From IMG/VR virus record IMGVR_UViG_3300042446_000347, positions 1-28,292 of that record: 28,292 bases of DNA; one strand, 5' to 3'. The stretch comes from a virus (lineage: Duplodnaviria > Caudoviricetes). The notes below the pieces were generated by a model that saw nothing but the letters and a program-made list of their open reading frames with translations, made no database searches and had not been told where the DNA came from. Below, piece by piece: positions 17,158 to 24,847 of this stretch. Position 1 is the first letter of the stretch; each line of letters starts with the position of its first letter. Both the position numbers and the translations under genes were made by a program.

Positions 17158-17314
17158 AATAGCCCTCCGCCCATAGTCCTTGCATGAAAGCAATTGCTTG
17201 ATGCAACTTCTCTCCCATATCTTTATCAGGTCCACCATTTTTAAGATAGAATAACTTAGCATCGTGGACGGCATTGATCATGCTATCTAGTTCATCTACT
17301 GTATAACCTAGCAT
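17150..17314 (-). CDS. Hypothetical protein, 54 aa (not in ORF track)
   Basis: MLGYTVDELDSM...QGLWAEGYFD; GGAGG RBS. Confidence 0.72.
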   Translation of the reverse strand: MLGYTVDELDSMINAVHDAKLFYLKNGGPDKDMGEKLHQAIAFMQGLWAEGYFD

Positions 17315-17454
17315 TCTATTGCCTCCATATATTTAATCATAGTATTAAGTGTTATGTGAATGTGACAATCACAATCATCTGATGTATCTCTGTCGTCAAA
17401 ATGGATTAAGTTGTCATCATAGATATAATCAATTAGTTCTTGACTGGTAATCAT
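17308..17454 (-). CDS. Hypothetical protein, 48 aa (not in ORF track)
   Basis: ATGA overlap; DDCDCHIH motif. Confidence 0.65.
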   Translation of the reverse strand: MITSQELIDYIYDDNLIHFDDRDTSDDCDCHIHITLNTMIKYMEAIEC

Positions 17455-17663
17455 AGTAAGAATTCATCTCCTTCAATATAACCATAGTATTCGTTGTATG
17501 ATTGTTTTAAGTTATCAGGAGCAAATTGCATGAATTTATATTCAGCAAATGCTGAGCCTTCATCTAAGTTAGCATTGTTCCATTGCTCAAATAGATGTTG
17601 CTCAATATCTACCTGGATTGCTCCAAGAATATGCTCTCCAACTGTATCTGTAAATGCTTCCAT
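17451..17663 (-). CDS. Hypothetical protein
   Basis: True start is ATG 17663, after AACGAAAGGG. Confidence 0.78.
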   Translation of the reverse strand: MEAFTDTVGEHILGAIQVDIEQHLFEQWNNANLDEGSAFAEYKFMQFAPDNLKQSYNEYYGYIEGDEFLL

Positions 17664-17687
17664 TTTTATCCCTTTCGTTATGTGATT

Positions 17688-17709
17688 ATTATATATTAAG
17701 GCACTGACA
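17688..17709 (-). promoter_or_regulatory. TGTCAG-N10-TATAAT promoter
   Basis: Copy 2 of 13. Confidence 0.8.
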
Positions 17710-17827
17710 AATGGAATAGATTTCCTATGTGATCCCGCCCACATTGCAGCAAAGCTGCTAAATTTTCAGGGGTTTTTATATTGATCTCGTAAGAAGATTA
17801 TGGTACCCTCCTTCTTTGAGGGCATAT

Positions 17828-17859
17828 AAAAAATCCCCCAGATCTTACCTGGAGGATTT
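17828..17859 (-). terminator. Intrinsic terminator
   Basis: AAAUCCUCCAG-loop-CUGGGGGAUUUUUU on the minus strand. Confidence 0.75.
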
Positions 17860-17945
17860 AATATAAGGCTGCTAGGTACCAACGAAAGTAAAAACCTGCT
17901 TTATTTAACCCCTGGCCGAATGACTATAGAGGCACCTTTACTTAT

Positions 17946-18347
17946 TTAAACTAATGCTGGTGAATGCTTCTTAACAAAACTATCAAGAGACATATCAAAC
18001 ATTGGTGTGTCTAACATTCCACGGACCTTGTACTCTGTCGACTCTGACCATGGCGCCTCCTCATGAAGGCTAAACGTTTGCGTGCTCCAATCAATTAATG
18101 GAATTTTATGTTCGTTATCAGAAATTGAATTGACTGAAAGGCCCCAGCCTGTTTCTGATTTCCAATCATCCCCAACCAATTGTGAAATACAAATTCGTGT
18201 TGCATATGATTCATCTGCCCAGCGTGCTCGTGCTTTGTCTACAGCATCCGCTAGTTTTGCTAGCATGTTATGTCCTGCCCAGTGCCCGTACAGTACAATT
18301 GTTTCACCGTTTGACTGTCTGAATGCAAAGTTTGCTCTGTCTCCCAT
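17946..18347 (-). CDS. Conserved phage hypothetical protein (MGDRAN...LYGHWAG)
   Basis: 133-aa coupled ORF with AAGG RBS. Confidence 0.8.
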   Translation of the reverse strand: MGDRANFAFRQSNGETIVLYGHWAGHNMLAKLADAVDKARARWADESYATRICISQLVGDDWKSETGWGLSVNSISDNEHKIPLIDWSTQTFSLHEEAPWSESTEYKVRGMLDTPMFDMSLDSFVKKHSPALV

Positions 18348-18556
18348 TATAGTTCCGCCTCTTCTAATGTAGGTACTTCTTCGGTCTTATTTAATTCTAT
18401 CATTTCATATGCGACTTTGTCTAGCGCCGCCTCGAACTTATTCTTATGGTGCCCACAGAAATATAGTTCACCTTCAACTAGTTTAATTAACCACATAGCT
18501 TGTGCAGAATCTCCGCATTTATCGCAAGCAATCCATCTAGTTAAATCTTCAGTCAT
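18347..18556 (-). CDS. Zinc-binding hypothetical protein
   Basis: CDKC...FCGHH. Confidence 0.78.
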   Translation of the reverse strand: MTEDLTRWIACDKCGDSAQAMWLIKLVEGELYFCGHHKNKFEAALDKVAYEMIELNKTEEVPTLEEAEL

Positions 18557-18702
18557 AGGTTTCCGCCTTCAATCATGTCTGCTAGTTTATCTAATAACCA
18601 TGAATCGATATCCATGATGTCAATCTCACGCAACTTCTCTGTGATTTCCTCACGAGCCCAGCGTGCCCCATCATTGAATCCATCTTGGTATGTGTCGCCC
18701 AT
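18553..18702 (-). CDS. Hypothetical protein
   Basis: AGGAGA RBS before ATG 18702. Confidence 0.7.
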   Translation of the reverse strand: MGDTYQDGFNDGARWAREEITEKLREIDIMDIDSWLLDKLADMIEGGNL

Positions 18703-18703
18703 T

Positions 18704-18916
18704 TTAATCTCTCCTATATCCCGTTGGTTCTGAATCGCTTTCATGAATTAGTTTTAAGTTATGCTTCTCACGAAGGCGTGTTACTTTCTCAATACTACCA
18801 GTTCCAATGTTGAATGTCAACGACTCCATTGCCTCTGGATCTAAACCAATTAACTCTGCATCCCAGATGGCCCTCGCAAAGGCCACCTGGTTTGGAGCGG
18901 TAAGTTCAAAGTACAT
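18704..18916 (-). CDS. Hypothetical protein
   Basis: GAGG RBS; TAATG overlap. Confidence 0.75.
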   Translation of the reverse strand: MYFELTAPNQVAFARAIWDAELIGLDPEAMESLTFNIGTGSIEKVTRLREKHNLKLIHESDSEPTGYRRD

Positions 18917-19533
18917 TAGTCCACCTCTACTGAATCGATAGATGATGACATATATGTAATTGGTTCATCATATGATACTGTGTCAAAGTCTGTCTCATGA
19001 ATTGCATTGATAGCAGACTCCTCGTCACGAGCATTAACTGTAACTGAATACTGAACTGTTACGGTCAACTCAAATTCATTTGTTAGTTCAAAGCCACAGA
19101 TGCTTGCAATCTCTTCTGCTTGATATTCTGTAATAGAATCATCATCAAGGCCCTCTAAGGTAAAGATCTTCATATCATCACGCAACTTATTTAATGTTCC
19201 TGCAGTTGCATAGTCACGTTGTGTGACACGTTGAATCTGCTCTTCAAGTTGCTGAATGCGTGCCTTGTTTTCTACTAACTGAGTTTCCAGGAACTCCCGT
19301 GTCATATAGTAGTTGTCTGTTGTTGTTTCCATTTTTTCCTCTTTCGTTTGGTTAGTTGTTGGTAGTGTAGCATGCTCCACTGACAATAATGTGGTCTTAC
19401 GGCCACAAGGACATGTTAGCTCTGTCACACCAGATGGGAACCCAAATCCATCTGATGATGTTAGTTCGATTAAAGAATCACATTCATTTGGGTCACAGAC
19501 AAATGTATATTTAGATGAGACTAGGTCTGTCAT
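18916..19533 (-). CDS. Hypothetical protein with an internal in-frame start at 19332
   Basis: N-terminal Cys-rich module followed by a coiled-coil/acidic module that has its own promoter and RBS. Confidence 0.75.
   Translation of the reverse strand: MTDLVSSKYTFVCDPNECDSLIELTSSDGFGFPSGVTELTCPCGRKTTLLSVEHATLPTTNQTKEEKMETTTDNYYMTREFLETQLVENKARIQQLEEQIQRVTQRDYATAGTLNKLRDDMKIFTLEGLDDDSITEYQAEEIASICGFELTNEFELTVTVQYSVTVNARDEESAINAIHETDFDTVSYDEPITYMSSSIDSVEVD
19364..19385 (-). promoter_or_regulatory. TGTCAG-N10-TACACT promoter (intragenic)
   Basis: Copy 3 of 13. Confidence 0.75.
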
Positions 19534-20183
19534 GATTCATACCCACACTTCTGACATGTCTCTACACCCTTTTCATCATCATAGATTAAACAATCAGTCT
19601 CATCACATTCACGACAAATGTTATCGTATTCTGATTCTGAGATAACTACACCACGAAGGATTTCTAGTTCACCGCCCCAGCCAGTCTCTTCCTCATATGA
19701 TAAAGTAAATAGCAAGTCAGGGTATTGTGCAGATAGTTTAGTTAATGCACCCATTGGGCGAGACCAAGCGGTATTAAAGTTGTAGTGAACGACATGGTTA
19801 TCACCATTGGCGGTGTCCTCCATATTAGTATCAGGATACTTGTCACCTACGGATACGGCAACATCCCATTTAGTTCCCCACTCACGGATATTAAAGTTAT
19901 ACCAATCATTGGTAAGACACTTCATTGCTTCTTGAATTGGGAGGGAATGGTCAGGCTGACCAAGATATACTTCTTCAGTAATACCAGCATCCATATAGTT
20001 ATAGATATTATGAAATGCAAAGACAGGCTCTGCATATATAGTATTCTTCTTCATGAATGTATTAGCGCTTACATCCCATGAATCATGTAGTTGAGTAAAT
20101 GGCTTATTTAATTGAGCCATCATTTTCTTTACAGAATCAGGATTACCTTCTACAGTTAATCCGTTATATACCCAGTTTGGCAT
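19530..20183 (-). CDS. YubB/DUF1281-like ferredoxin-fold protein
   Basis: MPNWVYNGL...DWYNFNIREWGTKWD...FNTAWSRP...YPDL; true start 20183. Confidence 0.8.
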   Translation of the reverse strand: MPNWVYNGLTVEGNPDSVKKMMAQLNKPFTQLHDSWDVSANTFMKKNTIYAEPVFAFHNIYNYMDAGITEEVYLGQPDHSLPIQEAMKCLTNDWYNFNIREWGTKWDVAVSVGDKYPDTNMEDTANGDNHVVHYNFNTAWSRPMGALTKLSAQYPDLLFTLSYEEETGWGGELEILRGVVISESEYDNICRECDETDCLIYDDEKGVETCQKCGYES

Positions 20184-20214
20184 ATTTATATCCTTTCGTT
20201 GGTGATATGTCAGA

Positions 20215-20244
20215 ATTATAGCGGATGCCACTGACAAATGTCAA
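20215..20244 (-). promoter_or_regulatory. TGTCAG-N10-TATAAT promoter, also with TTGACA at N18
   Basis: Copy 4 of 13; a reversed CTGACA lies just downstream of the -10. Confidence 0.85.
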
Positions 20245-20337
20245 TGCGGTTTCAGGGGTTTTTTAAAATCTTTCGTAACAAGATTTCCCCGCCTTCCATA
20301 TTGGGGGCATAGCAGCAGCTTTGTCAAATTAAAAAGA

Positions 20338-20366
20338 TGAGCAGTTTTAAATCATGCTCAGGATCT
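20338..20366 (-). ncRNA. Putative H-type pseudoknot, copy 1
   Basis: AGAUC-CUGAGCAU-GAUUU-AAAAC-UGCUCA. Confidence 0.6.
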
Positions 20367-20374
20367 TTTGCTAT

Positions 20375-21379
20375 TTAGAAAGCAGAAACCAATTTCTTGA
20401 TTTTGTTTTTCTCAGCAGTTAGAACAGGGTCAAATCCTGATGCACCTGCAATAAGTGATTCAGAGTTGCCTCGTGATGTGCGATAGTAATCTAGGCGTTC
20501 AGTAAGCGCATTAAATGCACCCCACTTTGTTCCCTTGATTGTCGCATTGGTTGGTGAGTTATGATACAAATCATCAAGCAAGACAACTTTGTTTTCCCAC
20601 TTCTTTAGCGCACCCTTAGAATCCTTTTCAGGCTTTGGGTAGATTGTGTGAATCAACTTTGAGAATTCTGCATCTGTAATTGATTGATTGAACATTGCTT
20701 GTGCTTCCTTCTCAAATTCATCAAAGTAGCCGAGAGCAAGACCAAGAGTCTCACGGGCAACTTGAATTCGTCCTTCAACTGATTGTGTGTGACGAATCTT
20801 GAAAGATTGCTTTGCATTACGCATTGCAAGGTTAAGAGTGTTTTGGCATACAACACGAACAGGAGTAACAGCAGCCTGAACAGCAACTGACCCGTCATGA
20901 GATGTCCAAACAATTAAATAAAGTTTTGTCTCGTCATTTGCACCTTGTGGGTCAAGCACCATTGTGCGGGGAATGTCCACAGTACCAAAAACAACTTTAC
21001 CGCTACGCAATGAGCCAGCAGATTCCCAAAAGCAATTTGGGTCTGCATCATGAATTGCATCAGCAAATGCAAATAATTCTTCATTCTGCACTGGCTTGTA
21101 ACGCTTACCAACAGTAGCAAGAACATCAGTTCCGCCGTTGAATGGATTGTCACGCAATACAAGAGATGCGGTAGAAACATCATTCCATGATTCTGGAATG
21201 TGCTCAGTGATTGGAGATAGACGAACATTCCAATTAGACAACTTTGCTTCATCAAGCATTGTTTGTGTTGTAACTTCTTCATCTTGATTAAAGATGCGAT
21301 TTGCTAATCCATGCCATGCTGGTTTTCCACGCAAAGCAAAAGCAACTTCGCCGTTTTCAGTTTCTAGATTATGAGCCAT
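20375..21379 (-). CDS. DUF932/DUF945 (TIGR03299-like) phage/plasmid protein
   Basis: PAWHGL, YKPVQN, ESAGSL, SHDGS, RVVCQNTL, RHT and GTKWGAFNALTE motifs. Confidence 0.92.
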   Translation of the reverse strand: MAHNLETENGEVAFALRGKPAWHGLANRIFNQDEEVTTQTMLDEAKLSNWNVRLSPITEHIPESWNDVSTASLVLRDNPFNGGTDVLATVGKRYKPVQNEELFAFADAIHDADPNCFWESAGSLRSGKVVFGTVDIPRTMVLDPQGANDETKLYLIVWTSHDGSVAVQAAVTPVRVVCQNTLNLAMRNAKQSFKIRHTQSVEGRIQVARETLGLALGYFDEFEKEAQAMFNQSITDAEFSKLIHTIYPKPEKDSKGALKKWENKVVLLDDLYHNSPTNATIKGTKWGAFNALTERLDYYRTSRGNSESLIAGASGFDPVLTAEKNKIKKLVSAF

Positions 21380-21411
21380 AATTTATTTCCTTTCGATTGG
21401 TTAATAAACTG

Positions 21412-21433
21412 AGTATAACATAGGGGTCTGACA
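21412..21433 (-). promoter_or_regulatory. TGTCAG-N10-TATACT promoter
   Basis: Copy 5 of 13. Confidence 0.8.
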
Positions 21434-21470
21434 TTAACAAGATTAGACAGTCATTTGTCGACAATTATTG

Positions 21471-21486
21471 TGTGATCAATCTCACA
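21471..21486. promoter_or_regulatory. CRP/GlxR consensus site
   Basis: TGTGA-TCAATC-TCACA. Confidence 0.7.
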
Positions 21487-21500
21487 TTTTTTCAGGGGAT

Positions 21501-21530
21501 TGTGGATAACCTTCTTAAACCTGTGGATAA
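21501..21530. promoter_or_regulatory. Two perfect DnaA boxes
   Basis: TGTGGATAA at 21501 and 21522. Confidence 0.7.
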
Positions 21531-21560
21531 CCCCGCAGTATTGGGGGCAGCTTAGGAAGA

Positions 21561-21585
21561 TGGGGCGGGATCTTGTCCCGCCCCA
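21561..21585 (-). terminator. GC-rich hairpin after gene 21590
   Basis: TGGGGCGGGA-tcttg-TCCCGCCCCA. Confidence 0.65.
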
Positions 21586-21589
21586 AGCC

Positions 21590-21853
21590 TTATGCTATGT
21601 GCAACTCTTTAGAAGTCAGTTGCTTTGTTTTGCTATTTACTTTATTAACTATGTCCTCGTTAATAAACATTGCAGTTGTTTTCTTTTTCTTTAGTGTATC
21701 AACAACGTATGCATTTACTTTACCACTAAAGCGGCGGAGATTAGAAAATACTAATTCAGTTAGATAATCTTTATCTACACCCTGTTCAGAATAGATTGTT
21801 AAATCATTTGCTTTGTTTGCGTCATAGATTTCTATTCTAAAACGATTACGCAT
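21590..21853 (-). CDS. Basic hypothetical protein
   Basis: AAAGGA RBS. Confidence 0.78.
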   Translation of the reverse strand: MRNRFRIEIYDANKANDLTIYSEQGVDKDYLTELVFSNLRRFSGKVNAYVVDTLKKKKTTAMFINEDIVNKVNSKTKQLTSKELHIA

Positions 21854-21888
21854 TTTATTTCCTTTGTTAGTAGGGACACCCGAAGGTG

Positions 21889-21918
21889 TGAGCAGTTTTA
21901 GTTGTCATGCTCAGGACA
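21889..21918 (-). ncRNA. Putative H-type pseudoknot, copy 2
   Basis: UGUC-CUGAGCAU-GACA-ACUAAAAC-UGCUCA, followed by an ACACC-UUCG-GGUGU hairpin. Confidence 0.6.
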
Positions 21919-21934
21919 TTTTCCTTATTAGGAA

Positions 21935-22360
21935 TTATAGATAACGAGCAATCGCATTGTAAGTTGAGGTATTAACTGTTTCCTCATCTGTCATTTTAAG
22001 AATACGAATAGCGTTTTCGATTTCTTGCTTCTGCTCTAAGTAGTTGTGACGACCCATCTGCTCAAACTCACGCTCAGGCTCTGTTGGTAGTTCTGCCTGT
22101 GTAACTGTTAAGTCAAAGTCAATGTTGAGTGTGTTGTTCCAAGAACGATAGTTTGTGCGAAAGTTCTCTGCTTTCTTGATGTTAGCAGTTGCATAGGCAA
22201 TAAGTTCCTTCTTATACTTCTCAAAAGCCTTTGTGTATTTTGCTTCGTTTGCTTCTTGATTAGCATAGTTAGTTTCTAGTTCTGCTAGGCGAGTTTCTAG
22301 TGCCTTGATTACCTTTGGTGTTGCGATTTTTACTGAGATTGATTTTCCGTTTCTAGCCAT
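21935..22360 (-). CDS. Helical hypothetical protein
   Basis: AACGAAAGAGGA leader. Confidence 0.82.
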   Translation of the reverse strand: MARNGKSISVKIATPKVIKALETRLAELETNYANQEANEAKYTKAFEKYKKELIAYATANIKKAENFRTNYRSWNNTLNIDFDLTVTQAELPTEPEREFEQMGRHNYLEQKQEIENAIRILKMTDEETVNTSTYNAIARYL

Positions 22361-22396
22361 TTGTTTCCTCTTTCGTTGGTTGGTTGGTTTAGTTGT

Positions 22397-22418
22397 ATTA
22401 TAGCGGAGGGGTCTGACA
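22397..22418 (-). promoter_or_regulatory. TGTCAG-N10-TATAAT promoter
   Basis: Copy 6 of 13; overlapped by a GGAGGGGTCT/AGACCCCTCC hairpin. Confidence 0.8.
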
Positions 22419-22441
22419 AGTCGTGAGACCCCTCCACTTCC

Positions 22442-22618
22442 TTATACTAGGGCTTCGTTGCTAACTGTTGTCCAACGAGTTTCCTTTGTTGGCATTTCCA
22501 GTAGCACACGCACCGAGCCAGATGCGTTAGGAATAATCTCCTTGATTACTCCAGTTTTCTTTGACTTTAGGGTGGTGAATAAATCGCCAACCTTGTAAGT
22601 GTATCCATTTACTGTCAT
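22442..22618 (-). CDS. 58-aa SH3/KOW-like small beta protein (not in ORF track)
   Basis: YKVGDLF...KTGVIKEI...VRVLL; own promoter and GAAAGGA RBS. Confidence 0.75.
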   Translation of the reverse strand: MTVNGYTYKVGDLFTTLKSKKTGVIKEIIPNASGSVRVLLEMPTKETRWTTVSNEALV

Positions 22619-22644
22619 TTTGCTTCCTTTCTGTTTAGGGTGTT

Positions 22645-22666
22645 ATTGTATCATTAGGGTCTGACA
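22645..22666 (-). promoter_or_regulatory. TGTCAG-N10-TACAAT promoter
   Basis: Copy 7 of 13. Confidence 0.8.
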
Positions 22667-22684
22667 TTTATCAAGACCCTGCGG

Positions 22685-22700
22685 TGTGATAAGCATCACA
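22685..22700. promoter_or_regulatory. CRP/GlxR consensus site
   Basis: TGTGA-TAAGCA-TCACA. Confidence 0.65.
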
Positions 22701-22836
22701 AGTATTCTGTTAGGTCTCCGTCCATAATTTCGTTCAGCTCCAAGCCTTCTGAGTCTGCGATAGCCTCCCATAGATCCATTTCATTAAAGTCTCCGTCTGG
22801 GTGTCTTTCGGATAAGATAGAATAAAGATTGTCCAT
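22696..22836 (-). CDS. Very acidic 46-aa protein (not in ORF track)
   Basis: GAGGAGGA RBS; TAATG overlap. Confidence 0.72.
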   Translation of the reverse strand: MDNLYSILSERHPDGDFNEMDLWEAIADSEGLELNEIMDGDLTEYL

Positions 22837-23105
22837 TAGTAATCCTCCTCTGGTAGCCAAGCCTCTAAGTGGTGTTGCTCAATAATTGCAGATGCGGGTG
22901 CAGTTACCTGCCCACGCCATGATATGCCTTCAGGTAAGGCGATTTCACGATTGTAGTCCTCATCATAGAAAGCATCAATTGCTTCTATGCAAGGATCCAC
23001 CATAGAAAGCGGGACGGGTGGATAGTGATTACCTTGCAAGTGATAACCAATAGCAACCTCTATGTCTAATTCATTAGATAAATCTAGCGCTGTATTGTAT
23101 CCCAT
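22836..23105 (-). CDS. Conserved phage hypothetical protein (HLQGNHYPPVP)
   Basis: Coupled ORF. Confidence 0.8.
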   Translation of the reverse strand: MGYNTALDLSNELDIEVAIGYHLQGNHYPPVPLSMVDPCIEAIDAFYDEDYNREIALPEGISWRGQVTAPASAIIEQHHLEAWLPEEDY

Positions 23106-23308
23106 TATTCTGCCACCTTAAGAATTGCATAGGACCCGTTAGCATTTATTTCATCAAGGATTGGTTTTAGTCGGCTACCGACTAAATCTTTTAGCATTGA
23201 CTCTAGCATAAAGATACGAGTATTTTCATCAAGTGCCATGACCTGTTGAGTTACTGGATGATTGTCTGCAAACTCTGTTACAAACTTTAGATTGTGTTCT
23301 ACTAGCAT
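23105..23308 (-). CDS. Hypothetical protein
   Basis: AACGAAAGG leader. Confidence 0.8.
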   Translation of the reverse strand: MLVEHNLKFVTEFADNHPVTQQVMALDENTRIFMLESMLKDLVGSRLKPILDEINANGSYAILKVAE

Positions 23309-23337
23309 TGTTTACCTTTCGTTGTTGGAATAAGAGT

Positions 23338-23359
23338 ATTTTAGCATGGGCCACTGACA
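23338..23359 (-). promoter_or_regulatory. TGTCAG-N10-TAAAAT promoter
   Basis: Copy 8 of 13. Confidence 0.8.
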
Positions 23360-23396
23360 AATAGATAAACACGCCCTATGTTTATCTAATTTATTT

Positions 23397-23412
23397 TGTG
23401 ATAAACCTCACA
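23397..23412. promoter_or_regulatory. CRP/GlxR consensus site
   Basis: TGTGA-TAAACC-TCACA. Confidence 0.7.
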
Positions 23413-23489
23413 ATTTCAGGGGTATTTTGGTGCTTGACTTAAACTATGTTTTGCCCCCACGAACTTAGGGGCAGCTGCATACTTATGCA

Positions 23490-23621
23490 TTATTCTGCAT
23501 TTTTATTTTTGTGTTTGATCTTGCGTGTGTATTTTTTTTTATTGCGTACAGGTTGCGCCGCATTACTGCGACGCAATTCCTGTATGCGTTTTACTTTATC
23601 TCGAAGTGAAGTTTGGAACAT
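23490..23621 (-). CDS. 43-aa highly basic protein with KKKYTRKIKHK tail (not in ORF track)
   Basis: Open frame MFQTSLRDKVKRIQELRRSNAAQPVRNKKKYTRKIKHKNKNAE. Confidence 0.6.
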   Translation of the reverse strand: MFQTSLRDKVKRIQELRRSNAAQPVRNKKKYTRKIKHKNKNAE

Positions 23622-23787
23622 TGTACCCACACGCTTCATGAAATCGCTTTACATCAAATCGGTCATTATCTTTCGCAAACATTTCAGCAAAATCATTTAC
23701 AATTTTAGAAAATAAAGCGGGGTGCGATTTATCGCTTGCATACTTTAGAATTTCTGCGGTTGCTACATAGTCTTTACGAGTCATCAT
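23596..23787 (-). CDS. Conserved small phage protein (MTRKDY...DNDRFDVKRF)
   Basis: GAAAGG RBS; coupled. Confidence 0.8.
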   Translation of the reverse strand: MMTRKDYVATAEILKYASDKSHPALFSKIVNDFAEMFAKDNDRFDVKRFHEACGYNVPNFTSR

Positions 23788-23987
23788 TTAATTGTTACCT
23801 TTCCCATTCGGTCAATTACTTTTGTGTACATCTTGCCTGTCGGCATTGATAGGTTAATCGTTGAGTATTCGTTAGCAAATCCAACATCAGTAAATTTAGC
23901 AAATGCGGTAAATGCTTCCAATGCATCATCATAGTCGCCACTCCAGCGAACAGAATTTCCGTCATAGGATAAAGTAATCTTATACAT
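23784..23987 (-). CDS. Hypothetical protein
   Basis: GGAG RBS before ATG 23987. Confidence 0.75.
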   Translation of the reverse strand: MYKITLSYDGNSVRWSGDYDDALEAFTAFAKFTDVGFANEYSTINLSMPTGKMYTKVIDRMGKVTIK

Positions 23988-23988
23988 C

Positions 23989-24141
23989 TTAGTAATCTCC
24001 AATTTCGTTAGTTACGCAATCGCATGGCTCGACATCATAGGAGTTTTCATCTCCCCAAAAAATTGCACCAAAACCTAAGCAATCATCACACACAATGACG
24101 GAGATAGTTCCCTCATCTAATACATCTAAAAAATTTCCCAT
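23989..24141 (-). CDS. 50-aa acidic Cys-containing protein (not in ORF track)
   Basis: CDDC...PCDC; AACGAAAGGA leader. Confidence 0.75.
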   Translation of the reverse strand: MGNFLDVLDEGTISVIVCDDCLGFGAIFWGDENSYDVEPCDCVTNEIGDY

Positions 24142-24174
24142 TTATAGTTTTCCTTTCGTTGTTGTTATAGTGGA

Positions 24175-24196
24175 ATTATAGCGGAAGGGTCTGACA
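24175..24196 (-). promoter_or_regulatory. TGTCAG-N10-TATAAT promoter
   Basis: Copy 9 of 13. Confidence 0.8.
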
Positions 24197-24198
24197 AA

Positions 24199-24408
24199 TT
24201 AGTCAGACACCTTCACGGCAACAGTAGCCCAAAAATTAGCAATGTTGCGAGTGGAAGAAACCTGAATTGCATACGCTTCAAGGTCGTCTCCGTAGTAAAT
24301 ACCCTCACGCTTTTCTGCGTGTAGTATAGTGCCCTCATCATGGCGAGAGCGTGAGCGGTAGTGCTTGCCTACAAGTAGGGCGGGGACGGATAGAATTAGT
24401 GCTGACAT
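24199..24408 (-). CDS. Hypothetical protein
   Basis: AACGAAAGG leader. Confidence 0.8.
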   Translation of the reverse strand: MSALILSVPALLVGKHYRSRSRHDEGTILHAEKREGIYYGDDLEAYAIQVSSTRNIANFWATVAVKVSD

Positions 24409-24438
24409 GGTGTCACCTTTCGTTTGTTGAATAAGAGT

Positions 24439-24460
24439 ATTGTACCAAAAGCCACTGACA
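24439..24460 (-). promoter_or_regulatory. TGTCAG-N10-TACAAT promoter
   Basis: Copy 10 of 13. Confidence 0.8.
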
Positions 24461-24508
24461 TAAACTAATTACTAGTCAGTAATTCCAAGATGTGAGACGC
24501 TCAAGTCA

Positions 24509-24524
24509 TGTGATAAATCTCACA
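24509..24524. promoter_or_regulatory. CRP/GlxR consensus site
   Basis: TGTGA-TAAATC-TCACA. Confidence 0.7.
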
Positions 24525-24549
24525 AGATCTCGGGCGTGTCGTACATAGG

Positions 24550-24600
24550 TTATCCACATTTTTTCAGGGGTTTTCCACATTTATACGTAAGTTATCCACA
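24550..24600. promoter_or_regulatory. DnaA box cluster (2 perfect, 1 with one mismatch)
   Basis: TTATCCACA 24550, TTTTCCACA 24571, TTATCCACA 24592, at 21-bp period. Confidence 0.72.
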
Positions 24601-24658
24601 GCCCCCACATATTTGGGGGCGGCATGCCGATTTGTCAAGTCGACACGCCACCTTTTAT

Positions 24659-24847
24659 TTATTCGTTATGAGACAAACTATCTTGGTAGTCATAGAAACC
24701 TTGTTCCCACATAACAGGATCGCAAGAAAAAAGAATTTCAGATGCGGTAAAAGTTGCATAACCGATTTTAACTTCTGGATAGCATTCGTCAAGCATTTGA
24801 TTATATGCTTCTTTCATTTCTAGTTCAATTTCAAAATCTGTTTTCAT
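24659..24847 (-). CDS. Acidic hypothetical protein
   Basis: AAGGGGGG RBS; ATGA overlap. Confidence 0.78.
   Translation of the reverse strand: MKTDFEIELEMKEAYNQMLDECYPEVKIGYATFTASEILFSCDPVMWEQGFYDYQDSLSHNE

Noticed and set aside
20184-20237. N-terminal extensions in the ORF track (also 17744, 25202, 26196, 7884, 2730, 5312, 9736)
   Set aside because: They run through promoter or leader elements or upstream genes; downstream starts have a proper RBS or leaderless geometry.
20338-20366. Hammerhead ribozyme (CUGA...AAAC resemblance)
   Set aside because: It lacks the CUGANGA/GAAA core and three-stem junction; a pseudoknot fits better.
24491-24505. Additional CRP site TGTGAGACGCTCAAG
   Set aside because: The spacing is wrong and the second half-site is poor.
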